This document shows, one piece after another, positions 51,735 through 61,209 of a DNA stretch of 64,000 nucleotides; the stretch's first letter is position 1, and each line of letters begins with the position of its first letter. Origin of the DNA: Bdellovibrionales bacterium (lineage in GTDB: Bacteria; Bdellovibrionota; Bdellovibrionia; Bdellovibrionales; UBA1609); contig JAWLHR010000003.1 in NCBI GenBank assembly GCA_041690295.1, positions 96,001 through 160,000 on the forward strand. Reading direction: 5' to 3'. The translations under genes and the position numbers were made by a program. The notes under the pieces were generated by a model. It saw only the letters and a list, made by a program, of their open reading frames with translations. It searched no databases and had not been told where the DNA came from.

Positions 51735-52976
51735 TTACTTGCCCATGATTTGCCGCAGGCGATCCAGTGCCGTGCGCAGGTCTAAACGCCCCGAGGAGGC
51801 ACTGATGAGAGCGGGCGTGCGATAGGCGGACTGATAAAGGGCCGTCCGAAGTTGGGGAATAGTCGCTTCGGGTTCCGCGCTCAACAGAAGCGCGAGGGCT
51901 CCGGAGACGAACGGGGCCGACATACTGGTGCCGGTGGCGACCGCGAACCCGTTCGGAACGGTGGAGACAATGGAGCTTCCGGGAGCGAAGATGTGCACAT
52001 TTATGGCGCCGAAATTGGACATTTCATGCATGTAATCGTTCGTGCCCGTATTTCCAACCGTGAACTGGGCGGCAAGATTGAGCGAGGCGGGATATTGTTT
52101 TCTCTTATCGATATCCACGCCTTCATTACCGGCGGCGGCCACGAACACGACCCCTTGAGCCTCAAGGGACATAATGGTTTCGCGAAGTGTGCGCGAACAG
52201 TGAGGCCCACCCCAGCTGGCATTGATGACCTTAGCTCCCTGGGCGACCGCGTACTTGATCGCGGTCACGCCATCGGAGACGTTGCCATCACCATATTTAT
52301 TTAAAAACGCCAGCGGTAGAAGCCGGGCTTCGGGCGCCACTCCTTGAACATAGGGACGTGCTCCCGCGGTGGTGTCGCCATGATCGGCCACGATAATTCC
52401 ACTCACATGCGTACCGTGCATCTGGTGATCGCCAAGCAGAGTTCGATCCTCGACGAAGTCATAGCCCGAAACATCATCGACGTAGCCATTGCCGTCATCA
52501 TCCACGTTGTTATTTGGGATTTCGCCGGCATTGATGGCCAGTCGATCACGCAGTTGGGGATGGGTGATGTCGGCGCCTGAATCCACGACGGCCACGATCA
52601 CACCTTGCCCGCGAATTCCCGCGCTCCACAGGGTGTCGGCCCCCACACGCACCACGCCCCAATTATCAATGGCGGGAGCGTCCTGCCGCACGAAGGCGCC
52701 CTGGCGCGCGTGAACTCTGTAATCCGGTTCGGCGTACTCGATCCGGTGAGCGTTCTCCGCCAAATACCCGTTGAGAAATTTGTCCTCGTTTTCCTCTTCA
52801 CGGACCGCGACGGTTCCATCGGAATAGCGGACAATGAACCTTCCGGGCACGACCCGGCCCAGACATGTATCATCATCAGATTTGGTGTATAGACCTGAGC
52901 TGGTTTTTTGTTCTCCGCAGGCGACAAGTGTGAATGCGGTGAATATGGCAATGACCTTGATCAAACGAGGTTCCAT
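51735..52976 (-). CDS. S8 subtilisin-like serine protease lipoprotein
   Basis: Lipobox LVA-C; VDSG, HGTHV, GTSMS catalytic triad. Confidence 0.95.
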   Translation of the reverse strand: MEPRLIKVIAIFTAFTLVACGEQKTSSGLYTKSDDDTCLGRVVPGRFIVRYSDGTVAVREEENEDKFLNGYLAENAHRIEYAEPDYRVHARQGAFVRQDAPAIDNWGVVRVGADTLWSAGIRGQGVIVAVVDSGADITHPQLRDRLAINAGEIPNNNVDDDGNGYVDDVSGYDFVEDRTLLGDHQMHGTHVSGIIVADHGDTTAGARPYVQGVAPEARLLPLAFLNKYGDGNVSDGVTAIKYAVAQGAKVINASWGGPHCSRTLRETIMSLEAQGVVFVAAAGNEGVDIDKRKQYPASLNLAAQFTVGNTGTNDYMHEMSNFGAINVHIFAPGSSIVSTVPNGFAVATGTSMSAPFVSGALALLLSAEPEATIPQLRTALYQSAYRTPALISASSGRLDLRTALDRLRQIMGK

Positions 52977-53124
52977 CCTGGAGCTCCCCCTAAGAGATCA
53001 TTGTCGCTCGCGTGGGTTGAGTGGGAGAGTCCAATAATCGGCCATGTGGCTTAAGGCTTACTCAACTGGTCGAAATCTGGACCGGCAACTGGACCTTCCG
53101 CGAAGGGGCCATTAATCTCCCGTA

Positions 53125-55233
53125 ATGGCCCGGAAAACAGTTTTTAAGATCAGCGTTCTGTTGGCTGTTGTCGCTGCATGCTATTGGATACTTTTGCCCG
53201 AGATGTCCCATTGGAATGTGGACCGCTTCAGGGAGATCGCCGGTGAGTCTCCGTTCAAGGCCGCGATTGTCTATTTCATAATATATTTGGTTGCGGCGTC
53301 GTTTGCCGTGCCTGGCTTGGCCGTGCTGACAATGGTTGGCGGCGCGATATTAGGTTTTTGGAAAGCCGTGCTTTTAGTCTCTTTTGCCAGCACCATCGGG
53401 GCGACGTTTTCATTTTTACTTTCCCGCTGGCTTTTTCGTGACTGGGTTTCACGCCGATTCGATTCGATTTATGAAAAAGTGAGAGGTGTCGAAACCGATG
53501 GTTCATCATTCCTGTTTTCACTTCGTTTGATTCCCCTCATCCCTTTCTCCGCGGTGAACCTTGTCTTCGGGATTACGCCCATGAAGACGCTTTCGTTTTA
53601 TTGGATTTCCCAATTGGGAATGCTCCCCGCGACGTTGGTTTATGTGAACGCGGGGGTTCAAGTCGGGCAGGCGCGAAGTTTCGAAGATGTGATGTCACCT
53701 TCGGTTCTCATTTCGCTGTCTTTGTTGGCCGCCGTTCCTTGGCTGGGACGACTTCTCCTTCATCAAATCAACTTACATAGGATTTACCGAAATTATCGCC
53801 GCCCGCCGCGGTTCGATTACGATTTGCTCATCATCGGCGCCGGGGCCGCCGGATTGGTTTCGGCTTATTTGGGATCGGCATTAAAGGCGAAAGTGGGATT
53901 GATCGAAAGAGATCGGATGGGCGGTGAATGCCTGCATACGGGATGCGTACCGAGCAAGTCTTTGATTCAAAGCGCGCGGCTGGCTCATCTTATTCACCGC
54001 GCCGGCGAATTTGGCTTGAAGGTGCGGGAATCTTCCGTGGACTTTCCTTCCGTCTTCGAACGGATTCAGTCGATCATTAGTAAGATCACGCCGAAGGACT
54101 CCGCTGATCGCTATCGAAGTTTGGGAGTCGATTGCCTGCGCGGTGAAGCGCGAATCGAAGATCCGTTCCGTGTCCGTATCGAGGATCGTGTGCTGACCAC
54201 AAGGAACATTATAATCGCCACGGGAAGCGCGCCATTCATACCCAACATCGAGGGTTTGGATTCCATTCCGTATTTGACCACGGATAATTTGTGGGATTTG
54301 CGAAAATCTCCCGGACGGCTTTTGGTTTTGGGCGGAGGTCCGGTCGGATGTGAGATGGCGCAAGCCTTCGCGCGATTGGGCGTCAAAGTCACTCTCGTCG
54401 AAAAAGAAAACAGATTGTTAAACCGGGAAGATGAAGAGGTTTCTCGATTGATCTCCGAAGTTTTCGTGCGCGAAGGAATCGAGCTCCTTCTTGGGAGCCG
54501 AGTGGCCCGGTTTTCACGGGCCGGGAATGATTTTTCGGCTCACCTGGACGGCGGGCGTTCCATCCCGTTTGACACTTTGCTATTGGCCTTAGGCCGGCGG
54601 GCACGGGTGAAAGGATTTGACGAATTGAATCTTGAGTTGAGTGACGATGGAACTTTGCGGGTCGATGAATGTCTGCGCACACGTTTTCCCAACATTTACG
54701 CCTGTGGTGATGTGACGGGTCCCTTTCAATACACGCACGCGGCTTCACATCAGGCGTCCACGGCCGTGTTGAACGCGCTTTTCTCACCTTTCAAAAAATT
54801 CAAAATCGATTATTCCTCCATGCCTCGGTGCACGTACACCGACCCGGAAATCGCAAGCTTGGGGCTGAGCGAGTTCGAGGCGCGTGGGCTCGCGGTCGAT
54901 TACGATGTTTATAAGCACGACTTTGCTGATGTGGATCGGGCGGTGACTGAGGGAAACACGGCCGGTTTCATTAAAGTGCTGACACGTAAAAACAGCGGAA
55001 AGATCCTTGGCGTGACCATCGCCGGCCCGCGTGCGGGGGACCTCATGGCGGAATTCACTTTGGCGAAACGTAAAAATCTCTCTCTGAATGAAATTCTAAA
55101 GACGATCCATGCCTATCCGACTTATGGGGAGATTAATCGCCTCGTGGCCGGCGATTGGAAGCGATCAACCGCGGGGGCGACCGCCCTTCGGTTTTTATCA
55201 GGTTTTCACGCCTGGCGCCGAGGGTCCGTCTGA
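53125..55233 (+). CDS. DedA/TVP38 membrane domain fused to pyridine nucleotide-disulfide oxidoreductase
   Basis: RLIPLIPF DedA motif; GAGAAG, GGECLHTGCVPSK, HAYPT. Confidence 0.92.
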   Translation: MARKTVFKISVLLAVVAACYWILLPEMSHWNVDRFREIAGESPFKAAIVYFIIYLVAASFAVPGLAVLTMVGGAILGFWKAVLLVSFASTIGATFSFLLSRWLFRDWVSRRFDSIYEKVRGVETDGSSFLFSLRLIPLIPFSAVNLVFGITPMKTLSFYWISQLGMLPATLVYVNAGVQVGQARSFEDVMSPSVLISLSLLAAVPWLGRLLLHQINLHRIYRNYRRPPRFDYDLLIIGAGAAGLVSAYLGSALKAKVGLIERDRMGGECLHTGCVPSKSLIQSARLAHLIHRAGEFGLKVRESSVDFPSVFERIQSIISKITPKDSADRYRSLGVDCLRGEARIEDPFRVRIEDRVLTTRNIIIATGSAPFIPNIEGLDSIPYLTTDNLWDLRKSPGRLLVLGGGPVGCEMAQAFARLGVKVTLVEKENRLLNREDEEVSRLISEVFVREGIELLLGSRVARFSRAGNDFSAHLDGGRSIPFDTLLLALGRRARVKGFDELNLELSDDGTLRVDECLRTRFPNIYACGDVTGPFQYTHAASHQASTAVLNALFSPFKKFKIDYSSMPRCTYTDPEIASLGLSEFEARGLAVDYDVYKHDFADVDRAVTEGNTAGFIKVLTRKNSGKILGVTIAGPRAGDLMAEFTLAKRKNLSLNEILKTIHAYPTYGEINRLVAGDWKRSTAGATALRFLSGFHAWRRGSV

Positions 55234-55275
55234 TCGGGCTGGACAAGAACGATTTGAAATGCCACAAACAATCCA

Positions 55276-56238
55276 ATGCGCAAGGTTCTCGTGACCGGAA
55301 TGGCCGGTTTCATCGCTGCGGAGACGGCACGCCAATTGTTACAGCAAGGCGTGGAAGTTGTCGGTTGCGACAACATGAATGATTTTTATGATCCGAGGTT
55401 GAAAGAACATCGGCTCGAATCATTGCGCGATTGTGAATTTCATCTCCTGGACATCGAAGATCGCGCCGCGCTTGAACGTCTGTTCAAACAACATAAATTT
55501 GATGCGGTTTACAATTTGGCGGGCCGGGCGGGAGTACGTCACAGCTTGGTCGATCCCCATGTTTATTTCGCGACCAACGCGGTGGGCACTTTGAATTTGC
55601 TCGATTTGATGCGGCGATATGACTGCGGAAAAATCATATTATCTTCCACCTCGTCTCTTTATGCCGGTGAAAAGATGCCGTTCGTTGAAACGGCGGAAGT
55701 CAACAGACCCATTTCGCCTTACGCCGCCTCAAAAAAGGCGGCGGAAACGCTTTGCTATACCTTCCACTATCAATTTGGCATTGATTGCTCGATCTTGCGC
55801 TATTTCACGGTTTATGGACCCGCGGGCCGGCCTGACATGAGCGTGCTGAAGTTCATTTGGTCCATCGATCAGGAACGTGAGTTTGAACTTTATGGCGATG
55901 GGGAGCAGACACGGGATTTCAGTTTCGTCGACGATATCGCCAGCGGCACGATTCGCTCGGAGCGGAAGCTTGGTTACGAGGTGATCAACCTCGGTGGCGG
56001 CAAGACGCCGGTCACGATCAATCAAATGATCTCATGGATGGAAGAAGGATTGGGCAAGAAAGCCAAAATCAAACGCATGCCCGCGCAAAAGGCGGATATG
56101 CAGGACACGCAAGCGGATATCCGCAAAGCGCAAAAATTATTGGAGTGGACGCCACAAACCGCCTTCCCCGACGGCCTGGCGCGCACGATCGAGTGGTATC
56201 TCGCCAACCGCGAGTTTTTGTCGAAGTTGAAAATTTAA
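55276..56238 (+). CDS. NAD-dependent epimerase (UDP-glucuronate 4-epimerase-like)
   Basis: GMAGFIA, YAASK, RYFTVYGP.GRPDM. Confidence 0.92.
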   Translation: MRKVLVTGMAGFIAAETARQLLQQGVEVVGCDNMNDFYDPRLKEHRLESLRDCEFHLLDIEDRAALERLFKQHKFDAVYNLAGRAGVRHSLVDPHVYFATNAVGTLNLLDLMRRYDCGKIILSSTSSLYAGEKMPFVETAEVNRPISPYAASKKAAETLCYTFHYQFGIDCSILRYFTVYGPAGRPDMSVLKFIWSIDQEREFELYGDGEQTRDFSFVDDIASGTIRSERKLGYEVINLGGGKTPVTINQMISWMEEGLGKKAKIKRMPAQKADMQDTQADIRKAQKLLEWTPQTAFPDGLARTIEWYLANREFLSKLKI

Positions 56239-56239
56239 G

Positions 56240-57204
56240 AACTGCCCCACTAGCCTGCAGAAAATCCTGGCGAGAATTTTGCCCTTAACCACAGGGCATG
56301 CGACCAAGCTGCCCCTATTGTCATTCATCCTCAGAGATGTCCGATCGCCGGATGCGTATTCTAAAAGCCGGATTTTTTCGCCGAACCTCCGACGGAAAAA
56401 GAGTGCGAAGATTTTATTGCGTTAGCTGCTCTAGATACTTTTCTTATGCCACCTTTCACCCCTGCTTTAGGCAAAAAAAGCGCCACCTCAATCACCGCAT
56501 CAACAAACTTTTAGCTTCAAGCGTTTCCCAGCGCCGAATCGCAAAATTACTCCATATCTCCCGAACCACAGTTGAACGAAAGTTTCTCTTCCTTGGCCAA
56601 AAAGCAGTGCATGAGCTTGAACATCAAAACAAATCCAGTCCCCTGGCCACTGTTGTTGAATTTGATGAGCTTGAAACCTTCGAGCACACAAAATGTAAGC
56701 CGCTTTCCGTTCCACTAGCCGTTGAATCAAAGACCAGAAGGATTTTAAGTTTTCAAGTGGCCCAGATGCCGGCCAAAGGAAAGCTCGCCCGTATCTCACG
56801 AAAAAAATATGGAAGGAGACCGGATTTCAGGCCGAAAGCATTGAGTGAACTTTGTGAACGTTTAAAGCCACTCACCGCACCTGATGTACAATTCAAATCC
56901 GATCAAAATCCAATGTATCCGGAAATCTTAAGGCGTCACTTTCCTTTAAATTCGCATGAGCGGTTTAAGGGGCAAAGGGGTTCGATTGTCGGACAGGGAG
57001 AATTGAAGAAGATCCGATTTGATCCGCTTTTTAGCTTGAATCACACCTGTGCGATGCTTCGAGCCAATATCAATAGGCTAGTGAGAAAGACCTGGTGCAC
57101 AACGAAAATTCCTAATAGATTGCGCCTTCATCTCGCCATCTATGCGGTTTATCACAACAATATGATTCGCGCGGGACCATTGGCTGCAGGCTAGTGGGGC
57201 AGTT
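56240..57204 (+). mobile_element. IS1-like insertion element with 21-bp perfect terminal inverted repeats
   Basis: AACTGCCCCACTAGCCTGCAG (56240-56260) and CTGCAGGCTAGTGGGGCAGTT (57184-57204) bracket a transposase-like ORF. Confidence 0.8.
56298..57194 (+). CDS. IS1-like transposase (Zn ribbon, HTH, RNase H-type core)
   Basis: CPYC...CVSC, SQRRIAKLLHISRTTV, FDELET, KSD, LRANINRLVRKTWCTTK. Confidence 0.8.
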   Translation: MRPSCPYCHSSSEMSDRRMRILKAGFFRRTSDGKRVRRFYCVSCSRYFSYATFHPCFRQKKRHLNHRINKLLASSVSQRRIAKLLHISRTTVERKFLFLGQKAVHELEHQNKSSPLATVVEFDELETFEHTKCKPLSVPLAVESKTRRILSFQVAQMPAKGKLARISRKKYGRRPDFRPKALSELCERLKPLTAPDVQFKSDQNPMYPEILRRHFPLNSHERFKGQRGSIVGQGELKKIRFDPLFSLNHTCAMLRANINRLVRKTWCTTKIPNRLRLHLAIYAVYHNNMIRAGPLAAG

Positions 57205-57209
57205 TTAAA

Positions 57210-57238
57210 AATCCCAACATGGGGAGCATGTTGGGATT
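57210..57238 (-). terminator. Intrinsic terminator of the lipoprotein gene
   Basis: AATCCCAACATG-5nt-CATGTTGGGATT, ending in a T run on the minus strand. Confidence 0.75.
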
Positions 57239-57268
57239 CAATGTCAGGATACGTACCGTAAGTCGAAT

Positions 57269-58864
57269 TTACTTAACTCGTTTGAAATAGTACGTGCGCT
57301 TGCCCGTGTCCTCATCGTATTTGAGAACGTTTTGGACGTAGTCGATTTCATCCGCGTCGACGGTGTCGGTAAGAACCGCGTGTAAATAAGTGTTCTTATC
57401 CTTGGCCCAGCAATAGTTGTACTCATCGGAGCAGCGGGGGCCGTCTCGGACGGTGAAACTGCCGGTATCGCCGACGTTCGCCTTGGGAACGAAACCTTCG
57501 GCAATGTAACCCGCCATCGTTTTGTCGTTGTTGTAATAGAGACCACCATCGTTCACGCCACTGGCGTTATGCACGCCGTAATCCATGTAGAAGGTGTATT
57601 CACCGTTGTTTTCTTCGAAGAGCCGCGCCGCCGAACCCAGGATCGGACTCGTACCGCCCTCATAAACGGGAGGGTTGAGCTTGATACCGTTATCTTCGAA
57701 CTTCCAGGAGGCCACGTGTTGGCTGGTGATCATCCCCAATTGAGGAACGTTGTTTTGCATCACCAATGTCATCGTCGCCGTGGAATAGTGATTGAACACG
57801 GGATCGCCATTGCCATCCAGTTGGGTGGTGATCAGGTAGGTGTGCAATTCCAGTCCTTCGGTGTCCAAGAAAGCGAAGGCGGGCAGGTAACCTACTCGAA
57901 AAGCCGGCGTGTCTTGCGGGAAGAAATCGCAGTCGTTGAGACCCCAATTATTCTCACCGTCCGAGCAATCGCCGGAAAGTGGAAAACCGACCGGACCCAG
58001 CTTGGTGGAGTTATCTCCGATGAGAAAGGTATCGAACGGGCTTTTGATCGTATAGCCATAATCGTTCGGAGGATCAAGCGGACGAGTGCCATCTCCCGTC
58101 CATGCGAAAACATTCTTAAAGCCGGAAATGAGAATGTTAATCGTGGGCGAGGATTTTTCGGCGATCGTCACCGGCGCCGGAAGAACGGAGTGGGTTCCGC
58201 AAGTCATGGCGGAGGCGGTGCTGTTCGTCGTGCTGTTGGAGCAGTATGTGTACAAGAAGCCGTACTCATACTCATCATAGCCATTGGCTTCGAGATCGTT
58301 CGGCGCGATCACATTGTTTTCGACTTGGACGCCGTTGGCCGTCGTGAAAACGGTTGTATCAATGTCGTCGTCGTTGTCCCTGTCGAAATAGGCGTAGGCT
58401 TTAATTTTGAATTTGGGTGAGAAAGTCAAACCCACGGTCAGGTACGTCCCCGCTTCGATTTCTCCGCTGCCTGTGACGGACATGTTCACACCGTCGGCCA
58501 CGTCCAATTCTTGGTTAACAGGCACGGAAGTCATTGATCCGCCGCCACCCGGGCCGGACATGAAGGCCACGGACAGCAAATGAACTTTCAAAGAATCAAC
58601 GACGGCGTCGGAAGTGACGACACCCATTCCTTCATATTCGCCCGCGGCCGTGTTCGGGTCGGAAACCAATTTGATTCCAACTTTGCCCTTCGAGGCGAGA
58701 AAATTCGCGGCAATGGCGTTGGCGTCGAGAGCGCTGGCGCCTTTGGCGACGACGCGAACATTGGCTTTCTTCTTCTTCTTTTTCTCACATCCGGCGATTG
58801 TTCCCGCCGAAATCGCCGCCATCATGGCGACCATTGTGATGGATGATATCCATCTCAATTTCAT
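57269..58864 (-). CDS. Hypothetical acidic lipoprotein
   Basis: GGAGGAG before ATG 58864; lipobox IAG-C followed by EKKKKKK; beta-rich, Asp/Asn/Gly-rich. Confidence 0.82.
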   Translation of the reverse strand: MKLRWISSITMVAMMAAISAGTIAGCEKKKKKKANVRVVAKGASALDANAIAANFLASKGKVGIKLVSDPNTAAGEYEGMGVVTSDAVVDSLKVHLLSVAFMSGPGGGGSMTSVPVNQELDVADGVNMSVTGSGEIEAGTYLTVGLTFSPKFKIKAYAYFDRDNDDDIDTTVFTTANGVQVENNVIAPNDLEANGYDEYEYGFLYTYCSNSTTNSTASAMTCGTHSVLPAPVTIAEKSSPTINILISGFKNVFAWTGDGTRPLDPPNDYGYTIKSPFDTFLIGDNSTKLGPVGFPLSGDCSDGENNWGLNDCDFFPQDTPAFRVGYLPAFAFLDTEGLELHTYLITTQLDGNGDPVFNHYSTATMTLVMQNNVPQLGMITSQHVASWKFEDNGIKLNPPVYEGGTSPILGSAARLFEENNGEYTFYMDYGVHNASGVNDGGLYYNNDKTMAGYIAEGFVPKANVGDTGSFTVRDGPRCSDEYNYCWAKDKNTYLHAVLTDTVDADEIDYVQNVLKYDEDTGKRTYYFKRVK

Positions 58865-59073
58865 GACTCCTCCTTGTTGCAACGAACGTGGTTGGTTGTG
58901 GACGCTGGATTCCAATTCGAACGGTCGGTTCAATTAGAGTTTACGTCCATGAATGATATAAAAATGTTAGGGAGGGAATCCGGTTTTCACAAATCGGCCA
59001 AATCCGCTCACAGAGTGAGCGCATGTTGCATGTTGCCGACCTTCGTCTCTAGGTTCTATCATTCGATAGAACA

Positions 59074-60585
59074 ATGGCAAAAGCGGAACCTGGTGCTCGC
59101 CTGCAGCGGCTGCGACAATTACTCGGACTTTCCCAAAGGCAAATGGCGACCGAACTGGGCGTTACGCCCGGTGCGCTGGCCATGTGGGAGCGAAAGACCA
59201 GGCCTGTTCCGGCACCGATTCTGAAAATCATCGAGATCTACGAAGAGGCGTTGGACGAAGAACTTGCCCGGCGCAAGCATCAGGCCATGATCCGAAAGCT
59301 GAGCACGACTTGGGCCAACCGACTTTTGGTCATGTTCGGTAAGGGCGCATACGGCGTAAAAAGGGCGGAAATCAAAAGCCGGCTGCAACGTGCGCTCAAT
59401 GTAATCTTCACCCATGAGCTCTCCATTGACCGGATCAAACGAAGCATCCAGCTGGCGATTTTCAATCGCATTGTGAATGCCGCGTCCCAGACCAAAGGCT
59501 TGCCGATGAAGGTGGTCCAGATCCTGACCTACTTGAATCCCGGCATGTCCCGTGAAGCGCGGGAGGCCGTGGAGGAGATCCATTGCCTGCAATATCCTTT
59601 GGCACCGACAGTGGTTTCGCGGATCATCACGGAAAGCCTTGGTGCTTCCCCGAATCGAATATTCGCCGAGTGGTCTCCGCACCCGTTCGCCGCCGCCAGC
59701 ATCGGCCAGGTTCACCTGGCCAAATTGAAAACCGGCGAGCGCGTGGCGGTCAAAGTTCAATATCCCGACATTCAGAAATCTTTAAGTCGCGATTTAAAAG
59801 CCTTGCAATTCGTCATGGACATTTCACGCCTCTTCAGTACGGATGTCAGAGGCGTCATAGAAGACGTCAAAAGAACCGTATTGGACGAGACGGACTATTA
59901 CAAGGAAATGGAAAGTCTCGAATCCTTCGCGCGACTTTTCAAAGACGATCCCCAAATAATAACTCCCAAGGTCTATCGTGAATATTCTCATGCCAATATC
60001 ATCACGATGGATTTCATCGACGGGAAATCCATCAAGGAATTCAAATCGGCTGACTACGAGGAGCGGCGGATGGCGGCGGAGACCCTGGCTCGGTTCACCA
60101 CGCTTTCGTCATTTAAAAGCGGTCTGGTCAATACCGATGCGCACGCGGGAAACTTCATTTTTTGCGGTGGCGGAAAAGTGGGATTCATCGATTTCGGCCG
60201 GTCGGCGCCGGGCGACTTGAACGGCTCTTATGCTTTCAAGGAGTTAATGAAGGCCGTAATTCTTAAGAATCCCGACCTGGCCAAAAAGGTGATCGATCAT
60301 TTCCCCTTTATCCGCGATCCTAAAACTTTTCCATTCGAGCAGTTTTGGGAATTTTTCGTGCGACAGCAAGCACACTTGAATTCGGGAAAATTCCGTTTCA
60401 CCCACGATTACATCGCGCGAACCTTCGCCGAGATGAAAGCTTGTCCTTTTCGCGATGAGTTGAAGGTCACCATCGAGACCGTGTGGTCGACGGCGGTTAT
60501 GGCCGGTATCTGGCGGATCCTTGCGGATTTGGACGTTGAAGTGGATTACGGACGAGTCAGTCTAGAGGCGCTGGGGGAACAATAG
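59074..60585 (+). CDS. XRE-type HTH fused to ABC1/UbiB atypical kinase
   Basis: LGLSQRQMATELGVT...WER HTH; AAASIGQVH, VAVKVQYP, ETDY, DAHAGN, IDFG. Confidence 0.9.
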   Translation: MAKAEPGARLQRLRQLLGLSQRQMATELGVTPGALAMWERKTRPVPAPILKIIEIYEEALDEELARRKHQAMIRKLSTTWANRLLVMFGKGAYGVKRAEIKSRLQRALNVIFTHELSIDRIKRSIQLAIFNRIVNAASQTKGLPMKVVQILTYLNPGMSREAREAVEEIHCLQYPLAPTVVSRIITESLGASPNRIFAEWSPHPFAAASIGQVHLAKLKTGERVAVKVQYPDIQKSLSRDLKALQFVMDISRLFSTDVRGVIEDVKRTVLDETDYYKEMESLESFARLFKDDPQIITPKVYREYSHANIITMDFIDGKSIKEFKSADYEERRMAAETLARFTTLSSFKSGLVNTDAHAGNFIFCGGGKVGFIDFGRSAPGDLNGSYAFKELMKAVILKNPDLAKKVIDHFPFIRDPKTFPFEQFWEFFVRQQAHLNSGKFRFTHDYIARTFAEMKACPFRDELKVTIETVWSTAVMAGIWRILADLDVEVDYGRVSLEALGEQ

Positions 60586-60588
60586 CAC

Positions 60589-61170
60589 TTACCAAGGTGA
60601 CGGGTGACGATCTTCGCTGGCGGGAGCGGGCCAAATCGCCAGCGTGATCACCATGGCGCCAAGAAGAAGTCCGAAGGCCAAAGGTGATCCTAATTTCAGG
60701 ATCAACATGTGCGCGCGGGTCACGGCCACCAAAGCGCCGGCAATAACCGAGCAAATGATCAATGCGATGGACCGGGAATGAGTTTTCGCCACGACTTGAA
60801 AGAACCAACCGAATGCCAGCCCAGCTGTCACGGCCGGTGGTGTGAGTAAAAGAGCGCCCAACCAGGTACCGGTCAATGAAGTGAACGCGCGACTCTCAAT
60901 CCATCGCAAAAGAAAGTAAGCCAAACCATGGGCGACCAGAACGCCCAATCCCGCGGCCCGTAACCAATGTTCAGCGCTGGTCGCCGGACGCGAGTCTATG
61001 ATGTAAACCGCGATCAGAATCGTAATCAAAAGCAAATAAAGATGAACAAAAAGCGCGGTTTGCGGGTGAGCGCAAATCAATACCATTTTACCGAGGAAAA
61101 GCGTTTGCATCCCCAGATATCCAAGTCCCACCAGAAAGGCGCCGCACATTGGACGAAGTGTCATAAACAC
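60589..61170 (-). CDS. Hypothetical multi-pass membrane protein
   Basis: About six hydrophobic segments; fills the gap between flanking genes. Confidence 0.65.
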   Translation of the reverse strand: MFMTLRPMCGAFLVGLGYLGMQTLFLGKMVLICAHPQTALFVHLYLLLITILIAVYIIDSRPATSAEHWLRAAGLGVLVAHGLAYFLLRWIESRAFTSLTGTWLGALLLTPPAVTAGLAFGWFFQVVAKTHSRSIALIICSVIAGALVAVTRAHMLILKLGSPLAFGLLLGAMVITLAIWPAPASEDRHPSPW

Positions 61171-61209
61171 ATCTCATAGACTTCAGCGAACACTGTCAAT
61201 TGGACCGGA

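Noticed and set aside
53068..53083. GGTCGA-AATC-TGGACC imperfect palindrome and scattered TGGACC/TGAGAC words in intergenic regions
   Set aside because: Too short and inconsistent to support a motif from this window
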